Shown here: positions 37,514 through 49,792 of the stretch, in pieces
How the letters are laid out: each line of letters starts with the position of its first letter
How positions within the stretch are numbered: position 1 is the stretch's first letter
Source of the DNA: Octopus sinensis
Taxonomy: Eukaryota
DNA: 64,000 nt
NCBI RefSeq assembly: GCF_006345805.1
Contig: NC_043004.1
Span: forward strand, 56,482,001-56,546,000
Direction of reading: 5' to 3'
Made by a program: the position numbers and the translations under genes
The notes under the pieces: generated by a model
The model's database searches: none
The model's input: the letters and a program-made list of their open reading frames with translations, nothing else
What the model was told of the DNA's origin: nothing

Positions 37514-38530
37514 ATGGCTTCGTTTAACCTTGGTTGTTTATCGGCGCCTAGAGGGCTTTCTCGTGACGTCGAAGACTTTAGTGATATTAGGGGACTTTAA
37601 TGCTATCGTTGACGTACACATCGATAGCCTTGGCTCGATCTATAGGAAAGTGAACTCACGTCTCGTGGATCTGCTTAAGCGGTTTCAGCTAGCAGATCGT
37701 TACAGACTTGACCATCCGAACGTCCCAGAGTGGACCTGGATGAGTGGCGACGGAAGGTTCAAGTCTTATCTAGACAGGATAGTGATAAGAACTAGAGATA
37801 AGTCTAGTTTTAGTTGTCCACAGCTCGTCCAGGTGCCCTATATTGACCATAGAATGGTCACGTGTAGACTGGACATAGATAGCACACTTAAGATAGGAAC
37901 CGGCTACTGGAAGCTGAACAAGTCTATTTTGACACGCGAGGCATACCGTAGCCGGATTAAGGTGTTAGTGCAGAGGGCGTTAACCGGAGCCGTGGTTAAT
38001 AACCGGTGGTGGTTCGCCCTCAAAAGAGCCATTCGATTCGAGTCCATTAGATTTAGTAAACAACTAAGACTAGATAGGGCTAGAATAGAAGGGCAACTAG
38101 TTAAGAACTTAGAGGAGGCGTTGAGGTTGGGCTCTGCATCTCACATTTTAGCGGCGAGAACGGCATTAGACCGTCACCTCAAAACCAAACATGAGGGATG
38201 TAGAGTTCGGGCTAAAGTACGAGCATTGGGCCGTGAGGGAATTAATGTTGCCGGATGGGCCCGTACGATAGAAACACAGCGTGGAAACGATGTCACAATT
38301 GGGTCTCTTGTTGATGAAAACGGATGCACGATCAAGAAGCGGAACGAGATGTGTGAGGCACTTCACAAGCACTTCGCCGAGTTGTTCGGGAGGTGCGGGA
38401 CGCTGGATCATGGTGAGGCCCTTAGGGACTTCCTGTCTGGTGGCCCGCGCCTCCCTACACGAGAGGCTGAGTGCTGTGAAGGGCCAATCACAGCCGAGGA
38501 AGTAATCGAGGTATTGGGCAAGTGCCCCGG
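37514..38530 (+). pseudogene. Element 3 ORF2 copy a, partial (start MASFNLGCL, internal deletion, ends at the duplication junction)
   Basis: Jumps at TTTA microhomology (37537-37540) to sequence matching 40525 onward. Confidence 0.85.
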
Positions 38531-38859
38531 TAAGAATTTTGCTGTGTTGTTAATTGTTGAATTTCTACTACTGAAAATTTGTCTTTAAACGTTGCTGAAC
38601 TGTCTTGTTCTCCGGTTTTACCGGGGAATAATTGGATAATTTCTTACCGTTGAACTGTTAGCCATTGTGGCTTTTTATTTACGTGACTATATATAGTCAT
38701 GCCAGACTATTTTCGTGCCCCTCCCCCGAATGGGGGTGGGAATTGGAATTTTTGAACTGCTTTTTTGAACTACTTTGGAAGAAAAACTTTCTATAGGTTT
38801 CCCAGTTTTGTGGGAAACCAATATTCGTAATTTTTGTGTTGTCTAATTTCAACAGAATA

Positions 38860-40200
38860 ATGTCTGTTGAAATTATTCACGAAAGTAGTGCTCTTGAGGA
38901 GAGCAATGTTAAAAAATTTTCTGAGGTAGCCGCAGTGGCTACCGAGAAAATTGACATCGATGTCAACCAGCTCGTCGAGCTATTTAAAAAAATGCAAGAG
39001 GGGGGTGGTGATGTTAAAATATCACCCTCCGCCAGTATCGTGGAGACCGAGAAGCGGACCGTAGTGTTTAAAACTTTCTGTCCACAAAGCAGAAGGTTCA
39101 AACACTTTGAAAAAAGTACCATCGAGAAATGCCTGTCCCCGATTTGGAAGGACATCGTGTACGTCGCCAGGGGACGGGCATATGGCACTGTGGATGTCCG
39201 CTTCTCAGGGGAAGAAGTGGCCCGCGGGCATTCTGTAAACCCCCTAAAAACCAAAGAGGTGGTACTTTTCCCAAGCTATAGGGGACGCAGGACGTCCCGG
39301 GTCAGGATTGTAGAAGCCCCGCCGGAAGTAGATCCGGTAGAGGTAGTGGCCGCCCTATTATATAAAAGGGCGGACAAAATAAAAATACTAGAAGTAACAT
39401 GCTCTACCCCTCGATTTTGGCTCGGGCGTAACATTAATATATTAATTCAAGGAACAGCGGAGGACCTACAGCTCCTTCCTGAGAGGGTGCTCGTGGGCGA
39501 GAACGTAGCCCTCAGGGTACAGGTCGAAGGCCGAAAACCCACCTGTTACGCCTGCGGCAAAAAGGGCCACATTCGTGTAGACTGTCCAGACAAGCAAAAG
39601 AAACCGCAGACACCAGGCCCCTCAGATAATAAAAAAGTCCCTACCCTTGCAAACACACCTACCCCTACAAAAACAAAAAATACCACTCCTGCTGTTACGG
39701 TGCCAACCCCAAAACAAACTGAAGAAAAAACCCAGCCCTCGCACTAACAAACCCCTACATTATTAAAACCTCCCACCCCCCTAAAAACTGCGGCGCCTAC
39801 CGAACAAACTATTGCTACCCCAGACGATACCATGGAGGTATCAGAGGGGGGATTTACACCAGTTCGTAAAAGAATTCGTGCAGCATCCCCGTCCACATCC
39901 CCTACAAAAAATAATAAAAACAAAGACACACCACAGACACGAAAAAAAAAATCCCGCTCAACTGGCCCAGAAAAAGAAGACAAAAAAAATGATGAACTCA
40001 TATTAATTGAATTCGACACACAAAACAAATACATAAACGATATTGTGGTTCAGCATCAGTCAGCAAGACTGTACAACAAATACAAAGATCGAAATTGACA
40101 CGCGTGGATTGCGGAAACAACGTTCAAACAATTAAAAGACAGACACCCAAACGCCATCCGGCATATCGCGAACTTGCCGCACTATCTGAAGAAAGAGGAG
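38860..40200 (+). pseudogene. Element 3 ORF1 copy b (nonsense at 39745-39747; C-terminus deleted)
   Basis: Near-identical to copy a; TCA to TAA change. Confidence 0.85.
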
Positions 40201-43200
40201 TTCGAAGTGGAAGCAGGCTTGTTTCCTCGAAGACCTCAGATCACATGATATACATGTGATGGTTGCTACAGAGACCAAGCTGGACAGCCTACAAACCTTC
40301 TCGCCTCTCCTGAATAGCTACGAGAAAATCATGTCTCCTGGCCAGACCGGAGGGCGAGGGGGCGTAGTGGTACTGATCCGTAAAGACTTGGCTCTGCAGA
40401 CAAGTACAGTCTATGTAGACCCAGAAGGTGGGCTGGTCGTCCTTGATGTGACATACAGCAGAAAGGCCTTCAGGTTGATCGGACTCTATGCACCTTGTGC
40501 TAGAGGTTTCCAAACTGATTTTTATCGGCGCCTAGAGGGCTTTCTCGTGACGTCGAAGACTTTAGTGATATTAGGGGACTTTAATGCTATCGTTGACGTA
40601 CACATCGATAGCGTTGGCTCGATCTATAGGAAAGTGAACTCACGTCTCGTGGATCTGCTTAAGCGGTTTCAGCTGGCAGATCGTTACAGACTTGACCCTC
40701 CGAACGTCCCAGAGTGGACCTGGATGAGTGGCGACGGAAGGTTCAAGTCTTATCTAGACAGGATAGTGATAAGAACTAGAGATAAGTCTAGTTTTAGTTG
40801 TCCACAGCTCGTCCAGGTGCCCTATACTGACCATAGAATGGTCACGTGTAGACTGGACATAGATAGCACACTTAAGATAGGAACCGGCTACTGGAAGCTG
40901 AACAAGTCTATTTTGACACGCGAGGCATACCGTAGCCGGATTAAGGTGTTAGTGCAGAGGGCGTTAACCGGAGCCGTGGTTAATAACCGGTGGTGGTTCG
41001 CCCTCAAAAGAGCCATTCGATTCGAGTCCATTAGATTTAGTAAACAACTAAGACTAGATAGGGCTAGAATAGAAGGGCAACTAGTTAAGAACTTAGAGGG
41101 AGCGTTGAGGTTGGGCTCTGCATCTCACATTTTAGCGGCGAGAACGGCATTAGACCGTCACCTCAAAACCAAACATGAGGGATGTAGAGTTCGGGCTAAA
41201 GTACGAGCATTGGGCCGTGAGGGAATTAATGTTGCCGGATGGGCCCGTACGATAGAAACACAGCGTGGAAACGATGCCACATTTGGGTCTCTTGTTGATG
41301 AAAACGGATGCACGATCAAGAAGCGGAACGAGATGTGTGAGGCACTTCACAAGCACTTCGCCGAGTTGTTCGGGAGGTGCGGGACGCTGGATCATGGTGA
41401 GGCCCTTAGGGACTTCCTGTCTGGTGGCCCGCGCCTCTCGACACGAGAGGCCTAGTGCTGTGAAGGGCCAATCACAGTAATCGAGGAAGTAATCGAGGTG
41501 TTGGGAAAGTGCCCCGGGGAGAAATCACCGGGTCTCGATGGTCTGCCCTATGAATTTTATAAAAGTATGCCAGACTTGTTCGGGCACCTACTGGCTAGCG
41601 TCTACGCCAACTGGCAGCAGAATGGGAGAATTTCCAAGTCTGAAGCCGGGGGGCGGTGACGTTGATCAGGAAGGACCCGAACAAGGGAACGAGATAGGGA
41701 ACTTCAGGCCCATAACTCTGTTGAACACAAAGTTAAAGATTCTGGCCAAGGTGCTAGCAAAAAGGTTGGCGCGGGTCGTGGACAAACTTGTCGGGGAAGC
41801 GCAAACGTGCGCTATCCCCGGCAGAACGATCTCCGACAATCTCCACCTTATACGCTACTCCTTAGAGAGGGTGGGGAAGCTTTCTGGCGCAGGGGGAGCA
41901 CTGGTACATTTAGACCAGTCCAAAGCATTTGATAGGGTCGACCATCGGTACTTGGCGGCGGTCCTCGGAGTGGCTGGCCTAGGCCCGACCTTTCGAGGTT
42001 GGATCGCTGCTTTGTATAGCGACATCGAGTCTGTAGTCAAGGTGAACGGTTCCTTTTCGAAGCCGTTCAGGATCGAGCGTTCAGTTCGTCAAGGGTGTCC
42101 CCTGTCCTCGTTCCTATACGTATTGGCTCTTGAGCCTTTGCTGCGGAAGTTGGAGGCACTAGGGGGCGCGCCGCATGATCTATGGTGTGGAAGAGGAGCT
42201 ACGGCGTATGCGGATGACACCTCCATCATCGTGGCAGACGAAGGCCAGCTTCCAGTGGTGGAAGAGGCCATCTAAAGCTACGAGGCGGTGGCAGGAGCAA
42301 AGGTTAACAAGGACAAGTCAGTCGGTTTGCAACTCGGCACCTGGAGGGGCAAGCCGATGCCGTCCAATAACGTCGTAGGGCGTTGGACGGAAGGTCCTGT
42401 TAAGCTGCTCGGAGTCTGGTTCGGGCCAGACCTCCAGATTGAGAAAAATTGGAGTGAGGTGGCCAACAAGGTGACCGCTCTAACCCAGACCTGGTCTGGG
42501 CGGGCGTTTTCCCTGCTAGGGAAGGCGGAGGTGGTGCAGATGTTTATAGCATCAGTAATCATCTACCGTCTGACCGTGGTGCCTTGCCCCGATTTGTGGC
42601 TGAACAAGTTGGAGGGAATCCTTTTCCGATTTTTGTGGAAAGGTGGAAAGCCACTTGTAAAGCGCTCTGTCTGCTGCCAGAAACCGCTAAAGGGTGGGCT
42701 TGGGATGCCTTGGCTGAGGATGCGAAAACTCGCGTTAAGGTTGAGGCACCTCTGGCTTTACCTGGATGGAGAGCAGGTGTGGTCACCGCACGTCCGGTTC
42801 TACCTTCCCCAGTTAACATCCCTAACGGACATCGGTGCATGGATCAAGCGGGGACCTAAACTGAGTGAATGGCATTTGGAGTGCCATCAGGCGCTCCAGC
42901 TACTATCTCGGGTGGGCAACGCCGGCCACAGGAGTTCCACCACGGATTTCTATAGCGGGTTAGTTGAGATTAAGTCCGAAGACGCCTTGGGGGAGACCCT
43001 GGGCTACGATGAAAATCAGTTGGTCAACCTGTTCCGGAGGACGTTCGGGCCGGGGTATCTGGATAATTACCAGAAATCCCTGGCCTGGCAGTGTTTCCGT
43101 GCGGCTTTACCTGTTCGCGACAAGCTGTCAAGGCACGGTAGTGCCGTCTCGCCGACATGCCCGCGATGTGAGCAGGATAGGGAGACCGTCTTGCACGCAT

Positions 43201-43559
43201 TCGTGGAGTGTCCGGAGTTATCGGGACTGATAGCTTTTGTTGAACAACTGTTGTCAGTGATGGGAAGTGTACAGCTATCAGCTGAGTCTATCATCGAGAT
43301 TGTGCCGCCCCCTTTCCTTAACAGGGAAAGAAAGGCTTGTTTTTTCTGTGTAGTAGCCATACTGAAAGAAACAGTATGGAAGACGCGTACGAAAGGTATA
43401 GTGACAGGCACCTTTGTCACCGGCCAGGGGTTGATTAACTTTTTTAGTTACCACCTCAGTAGCAAAATCAGGCTGGAGAAGAGGTGTCTGTCACGAAATA
43501 TGTTTGTGAAAAGATGGAAGCCTGTGGTGTGCAAGATGGGTATGTTTGGCACCAGGTAA
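40201..43559 (+). pseudogene. Element 3 ORF2 copy b: APE endonuclease-reverse transcriptase-zinc finger, disrupted
   Basis: ORFs 40256-41455, 41538-42275 and 42288-43559 are collinear; only the first ~15 codons are missing. Confidence 0.92.
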
Positions 43560-43787
43560 GAGTGACCGGATCAGAAAGTAAAGGTTCTACCCGGATGGCT
43601 GGGTGTCCGTCCTTCGACATGATCATTAATATTTTTAAACATTGTCTTCGTAAAATTCATTGTTTATAATCTTATCCGTAATTTCATTCGAAAATTGCAA
43701 CTGTGTTAAGCTACTTCACCCTTTATATTTGTCTGTCCTTATTTGTCCCCTCTTTGTAAATGCCTAAATGGCAAATTATATGAAATA

Positions 43788-44133
43788 AAGTAGCTTGCTA
43801 ACCAACCACATGGTTCCGGGTTCAGTCCCACTGCGTGGCATCTTGGGCAAGTGTCGACCAATGCCTTGTGAGTGGATTTGGTAGACGGAAACTGAAAGAA
43901 GCCTGTTGTATATATGTATATATATGTATATGTATGTATGTGTATGTGTTTGTGTGTCTGTGTTTGTACCCCTAGCATTTCTTGACAACCGATGCTGGTG
44001 TGTTTACGTCCCCGTCACTTAGCGGTTCGGCAAAAGAATAAGTCCCGCGGTCGATTTGCTCGACTAAAGGCGCTGCTCCAGCATGGCCGCAGTCAAATGT
44101 CCGAAACACATAAAAGAGTAAAGAGTAAAAGAG
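43788..44133 (+). mobile_element. Remainder of the SINE family A copy split by elements 2 and 3
   Basis: AAGTAGCTTGCTAACCAACCACATGGTTCCGGGTTCAGTCCC...(AAAGAGTA)n. Confidence 0.92.
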
Positions 44134-44198
44134 TATATCACAAGTCCTAGCTGCAATCTAACATCGTCTACCAGTCTCAATCTAAGAAGAATACACAC

Positions 44199-44341
44199 CA
44201 TTGGTATTCCATATTCTGTGTCTTGGAAAAGCTGTGATCTCAATCTTTGCTTTATCCCAGAGAGAATATTTTCGACCACCCCATTGGATTCCTTCTTGGT
44301 GTTCGAAGTTAGAAAATAATTCAAGTGCCTATTTACTCTCA
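44199..44341 (-). CDS. Candidate internal host exon (143 nt)
   Basis: Acceptor CCTTATTTTCAG and donor ATG|GTGTGT. Only one frame is open: RVNRHLNYFLTSNTKKESNGVVENILSGIKQRLRSQLFQDTEYGIPM. Confidence 0.35.
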
Positions 44342-45602
44342 CTGAAAATAAGGATGGTGCAGTTTACTGTTTTTGTTTTTTTTTTTTCAATTTAAACTAT
44401 TCTGCTTCAATTTCCATTTTATTGGCTCCGGAGTTGGTATTTATGTGTTAAACTATTCAGCTGGCAAACATCCTATTTTCACTCGACATGTTGTCAATGT
44501 GGTTAAAGGAATTGTTTATTGATAATAACTATCAACCTGATATTGACCACTTTTCCAAAGTCTTTCAATGCGACGTTTAAAATTCGTTAAAAATACTCCA
44601 TCAAGTAACGACGAGAAGACAGCTGTATCGGAAATTAACGTTCTATGATACCAGGTCCCACGAATGGAAAATGTATGCCTTTGTTTCTCAGATAACGTTG
44701 ATGATTATGTATATGTTAGTGATTGCGAATAACTTTGCATACAGCACCTTATTAAATGCCCATCTTTGTAGATAACGATGATGTTTGAAAACCCAGTAGG
44801 TAAGTATTAGAATATAACATGGCTTGCTTTAGTTTCATGTAGAGAATATTTCAAATTTGTGGATGATGCTTTTATTTTATATCCAGAGACATTCTGTAAA
44901 AAAAACATCACCACTTAACGGGGTCGTCAAATGGTGCTTCTTGCACTCCGTTACATTTTGGAAGCACGTGTGCGTATGCATTTGCGTGTGTGTTCGCGCG
45001 TGAGTGTATGTTTGGTTCGGACGACAAGAAACGAATACAATCACATGTAAGGGTTCCTAGTGTTAATTATTCTACAATCGTTTTCATAATCGTTGGACGA
45101 TCTGAATATAAATATAAAAATTGAATTACATCCAAATGAAGGAAATGTTTCTTAAGTGCTTCCTTTCCTATTCAGATACATACACATATACACAGCAAGA
45201 AATAGTTACATTGAAATGTAAAAAAAAAATAAAATGCTTTTATAGACACCATCTGTTTTCCATACATAACGTATATGCAGTATTGACAGGCATAATGGCA
45301 TAAATTTGTCTGCGAGAAAAACTTTCATAGACATGTTAACTTAATACACAATATACATAGATATCTCAGGAGTAAATAACACTATCATATTTTAGAGATT
45401 TATTGCTAGAAGCAATGCAAAATCATTTGATGTATTTAAGTATTTGATACAGTATTTAGTGGGCATAGATTGTGCGTAGTACGTCAAAAGGTTTGCAGCA
45501 ACTAGTTAGGGTCAGGACATATAAAACAGTATAATTAGGGTTGTTCAATTACTTATGAGATATCTACCCCGGCCTCTCTCTCTCTCTCCCTCTCTTTCTC
45601 TC

Positions 45603-45659
<57 letters not shown>

Positions 45660-45661
45660 AT

Positions 45662-45940
45662 TCCGTGGGTAGTGATTAGAACGTCGGGTTTACAATCACG
45701 AGGTTGGGATTTCCATTCCCAGTCAGGGCGTGTTGGGCTCTTGGACATTTCACCAGTTCCCTCACCTATAGATATGAGTTGTGACGTCACTGGTGCCAAG
45801 CTGTATCGGCCTCTGCTTTCTCTTTGGTTAAATAACATCGGTACAACTGCTGAAACAAACTTGCCTGGACTTGTCCCTCGGACGGGAACTTTCTAGGTGC
45901 AATCTCATGGACATTTATGACCGAACGAGGTCTTTACCAT
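45662..45940 (+). mobile_element. Degenerate SINE family C
   Basis: GTCACTGGTGCCAAGCTGTATCGGCC core and CTTTCTAGGTGCAATC.CATGG tail. Confidence 0.75.
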
Positions 45941-45966
45941 TTTCATACATAGATTCATACAAACCT

Positions 45967-45967
45967 A

Positions 45968-46045
<78 letters not shown>

Positions 46046-46050
46046 GTCTA

Positions 46051-46081
<31 letters not shown>

Positions 46082-46132
46082 GCCTGTCTGCCTGTCTGTC
46101 TGCCTGTCTGTCTGTCTGTCTATCTTTCTATC
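45967..46132. repeat. Compound (CT)n-(CTAT)n-(CTGT)n microsatellite
   Basis: Seen directly. Confidence 0.95.
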
Positions 46133-46440
46133 TTTCTCATGGTATGACATTCTTGATCGGCTAGGTCAAGGGCTCGAAGTTCCGAAGTGAACCTACGCAT
46201 GCGCATAACACCATATGTACCTTAATAGGCCAAAGCGAGTTACAAGCAATTAACAATCGTTTGCAAGGGGCGCTAAATCTAATATGAATGTGCATGTGTG
46301 TGTGTGTATATATATGCTTATATATATATATATATATATATACATATATATAAACACATGTATATTTATATATATATGTATGCACATACAAATATAAATG
46401 TATAGATATAGGTATGCATATCTATTAATCTAACTAACTT

Positions 46441-46538
<98 letters not shown>

Positions 46539-46587
46539 ATATGTATATATATATACATATATATATATATTTGTATATATATATATT

Positions 46588-46618
<31 letters not shown>

Positions 46619-46756
46619 ATATATTTATATATACATAGTAAAACATTTCACGTATACACTCCCATTTATGTACATATACACAGTAATGGTTTTGTGTACA
46701 TGTATGTGTATATGCCTGATAAGTATAATACGTATATTACGGAAAATAAATATTTC

Positions 46757-46759
46757 TAC

Positions 46760-46798
<39 letters not shown>

Positions 46799-46817
46799 AT
46801 CTATCTATCTATCTATA

Positions 46818-46852
<35 letters not shown>

Positions 46853-46908
46853 ATCTATCTATCTATTCTATCTATCTATCTATCTATCTATATCTATCTA
46901 TCTATCTA

Positions 46909-46970
<62 letters not shown>

Positions 46971-46992
46971 ATATCTATCTATATATCTATCT
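46757..46992. repeat. (CTAT)n microsatellite, no insertion
   Basis: Seen directly. Confidence 0.95.
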
Positions 46993-47109
46993 ATAATATA
47001 TATGTGTGTGTATGTTCGACGTTTTCTATACACTTTTTATGAATGCTTTGCTGTAATATTGCTTTTTGATTTTGGTAGAAGACTGCAATTTTAGGGAAGA
47101 GGTTTCTCC

Positions 47110-47273
47110 GTCTACACCGCCGCCAGTGCTAAAGCGGTTGTTATTTTATCGATACTGAAATGTAGAAATGCAAAATCGACGTCAGTGGAATTTGAAATCA
47201 TAACGTAAAGGTGGACGAAATGCCATTAAGTCTTTTCTCAGTGTGCTAACGACTCTGTCAGTTCACTGCCTTA
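47110..47273 (-). mobile_element. Degenerate family D SINE
   Basis: GGAATTTGAA.TCA.AACGTAAAG..GGACGAAATGCC..TAAG and GCTAACGA.TCTG.CAG.TCAC.GCC in reverse. Confidence 0.6.
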
Positions 47274-47785
47274 TATTTTCCAATAATATTGTAAGTTAAA
47301 TTATTTACTTCATCTTTATCATATCAACAAACTCCTGATAATTTACGTATTTTCATTATAGAAATATCGTTGTTTGAAAACCAACCACCCTTCATTCTCT
47401 TGTTCCAACATTTCAAACTTAACAACTTCTTGGACTTAGTTGCTCATTACCGAAATCTTTCTTCCGGCCTTTTATATTTCTTTCTTTCTATCTTTACCCC
47501 TCTTACTAATTCATATACGTTTCTGTGTTGGAAATCTGATTTGAAATTCAAACAAATAAACTATACTTCTTCGTGACGAATATATATACACACGTGTACA
47601 TGCACACATTCACACACCCAGGCGCATACAAACGCACATACACACACACACACACAAACACACACACAAAAGCAAAACACTCGCAGACCAGACAAACATC
47701 TGGGCATAAATATGTAAGCACACACACACACACAAATATATCCGAAGCAACGTTTGCAAAATGACAGCACCCAAACAAACATCAT

Positions 47786-47793
47786 TAATAATG

Positions 47794-47834
<41 letters not shown>

Positions 47835-48062
47835 TAAATAATAAATAATAATAATAAATAATAATAATAATAAATAATGATAATAAATAATGATAATAAA
47901 TAATAATAATAAATAATAATAATAAATAATAATAATAATAAATAATAATAATAAATAATGATAATAAATAATGATAATAAATAATAATAATAAATAATAA
48001 TAATAAATAATAATAATAAATAATAATAATAAATAATAATAATAATAATAATAATAATAATT
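47786..48062. repeat. Imperfect (AAT)n/(AAAT) tract
   Basis: Seen directly. Confidence 0.95.
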
Positions 48063-49000
48063 GCCACAGTTACTACAACGAGGCCTGTCATAACAATGAT
48101 AGCAAGCAAGCATAAAAATATAAAACCAAATATAAACATTAAAGAAATCGTGCCCTGAGGATTTCAGTTTTATTTTGCTGAAAGATTCATGTTTTAGAAA
48201 AAAGGAAAAATAACAACAAAAAATTGAAGTCTGTTTTATAGACATATGTGAGAGAGAATCATCTCTGCTGATGTTTATACTGCGTCCATTATCATATATC
48301 TCAGAATATTTGATATAACTTAATTTCTGAAGGAAATTTCCTAGAAAGTCTTCATTAAATTTTATTGTCCTTTTTTTTTTCTGAACTAAAAAACAAAAAA
48401 AAAGCATTCTGTTTTTCTTGCTTAACTCTGAGATATGTTGTCAGTTTATATAGAAACTAAATTAAAATGACTACAGAAATAAAACTATCAGCAATAAGAA
48501 ATACGTTTCCAGCGACAACAGCAACATCAGCAAAATGGGCAAAGAACAAAGAGTAACAATAACGTTTGTCATAACACAGATCTCTGAAAAGTAACACAGT
48601 TTTATCGTTCATATCGAGGCTTTTCCCTTGGGTAAGTAAGGGAGAAAGAAGAGACTTACTGAATTGAAATGTTTAATATTATTATTTTTTTTTTATCAAT
48701 TATTGTTTTTTTATTGTCTGCCTGTCATTGATCAAGAATGCACTAAATCTGGTAGGACTAAACACAAACTCTGAAGCGTGTCTCAATTCACGCCACACGC
48801 ATACATAGACATATAGCGATACACAAGACACAAGCTGATTGAAATAGATCTTTCAAAGAATTTTCCCTCAAATAGACAAACATAACACACAAAATACGCA
48901 ATCATAGAAAACATATGTTCATATACATATCGTCACTCTCTCTCTCTCTCGCACTCCTTCTCTCTCATTCTCACTCTCACACAATGCATACCTATTTACC

Positions 49001-49056
<56 letters not shown>

Positions 49057-49341
49057 TAAAAATATCCATACATATATATACACACATATATATGTATATA
49101 TATACCTACGTAAGTATGTATGTTTGTACGCGTGCGTTTAAGTTCAGACATCACACACATATACAAAACTGAATACGTCTACTGAATGCACACAAGTTTC
49201 CTGGGAATTTTGTGGAAATTCTTTTATTGTCATTTAATAATTCTTTAGAATATTTAATTTCTTCTCTCTCTTTTCTCTCTCTCTCTCTCTCTCTCACTTT
49301 CTATATATATATATATATGTATTATATATATATGTTATATA

Positions 49342-49391
<50 letters not shown>

Positions 49392-49757
49392 TATATAGAT
49401 ATATAGATATACATGCATACATTCATATATGTATATATTTAAGAATTAAATTGGAGCAGACATATATACATCCATATATATCCATAAATACTTATATAGA
49501 GAGAAACGCAAAGTAGATATGCACACGTACAGAAAAAGACGCGCGAACACACACCCAAGACGCACATACGCACATACACAAAAACACACAGATATACATA
49601 TATTCATTCACACTGAGACCTTACTACATCTCATTTATAACGTATATTACTTTTTAACTGCTTCTCTTTATTATTTTATTTTTAGCAATTGAATATCCTA
49701 ACACGAAAGAATTGGTAATTTATTTAATGAATTCTTAAGTACAGTTGGATCATGGAA

Positions 49758-49792
<35 letters not shown>

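Larger units (their letters stand above)
35704..43787 (+). mobile_element. Element 3: Tx1/L1-clade LINE (ORF1 + EN-RT ORF2) with a 2767-bp internal duplication
   Basis: Flanked by identical AAGTAGCTTGCTAACC (35688-35703, 43788-43803). CCHC ORF1; ORF2 with APE motifs (GDFN, SYLDRI, TDH), RT motifs (DQSKAFDRV, GVRQG-type SVRQGCPLS, YADD) and C-terminal CPRC..ETVLHAFVEC. Confidence 0.92.

Noticed and set aside
44692-44805. Plus-strand acceptor TTTGTTTCTCAG and donor TAG|GTAAGT
   Set aside because: Stops occur in all three frames of the long version. A 28-nt microexon is possible but unsupported, and it conflicts with the minus-strand candidates.
47561-48407. 192-265 aa minus-strand ORFs
   Set aside because: Their length comes from the (ATT)n tract; only the ~45-codon unique part is kept as a weak exon candidate.
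48495-48640. Plus-strand donor TGG|GTAAGT with an upstream CAG
   Set aside because: No frame is open across the putative exon.
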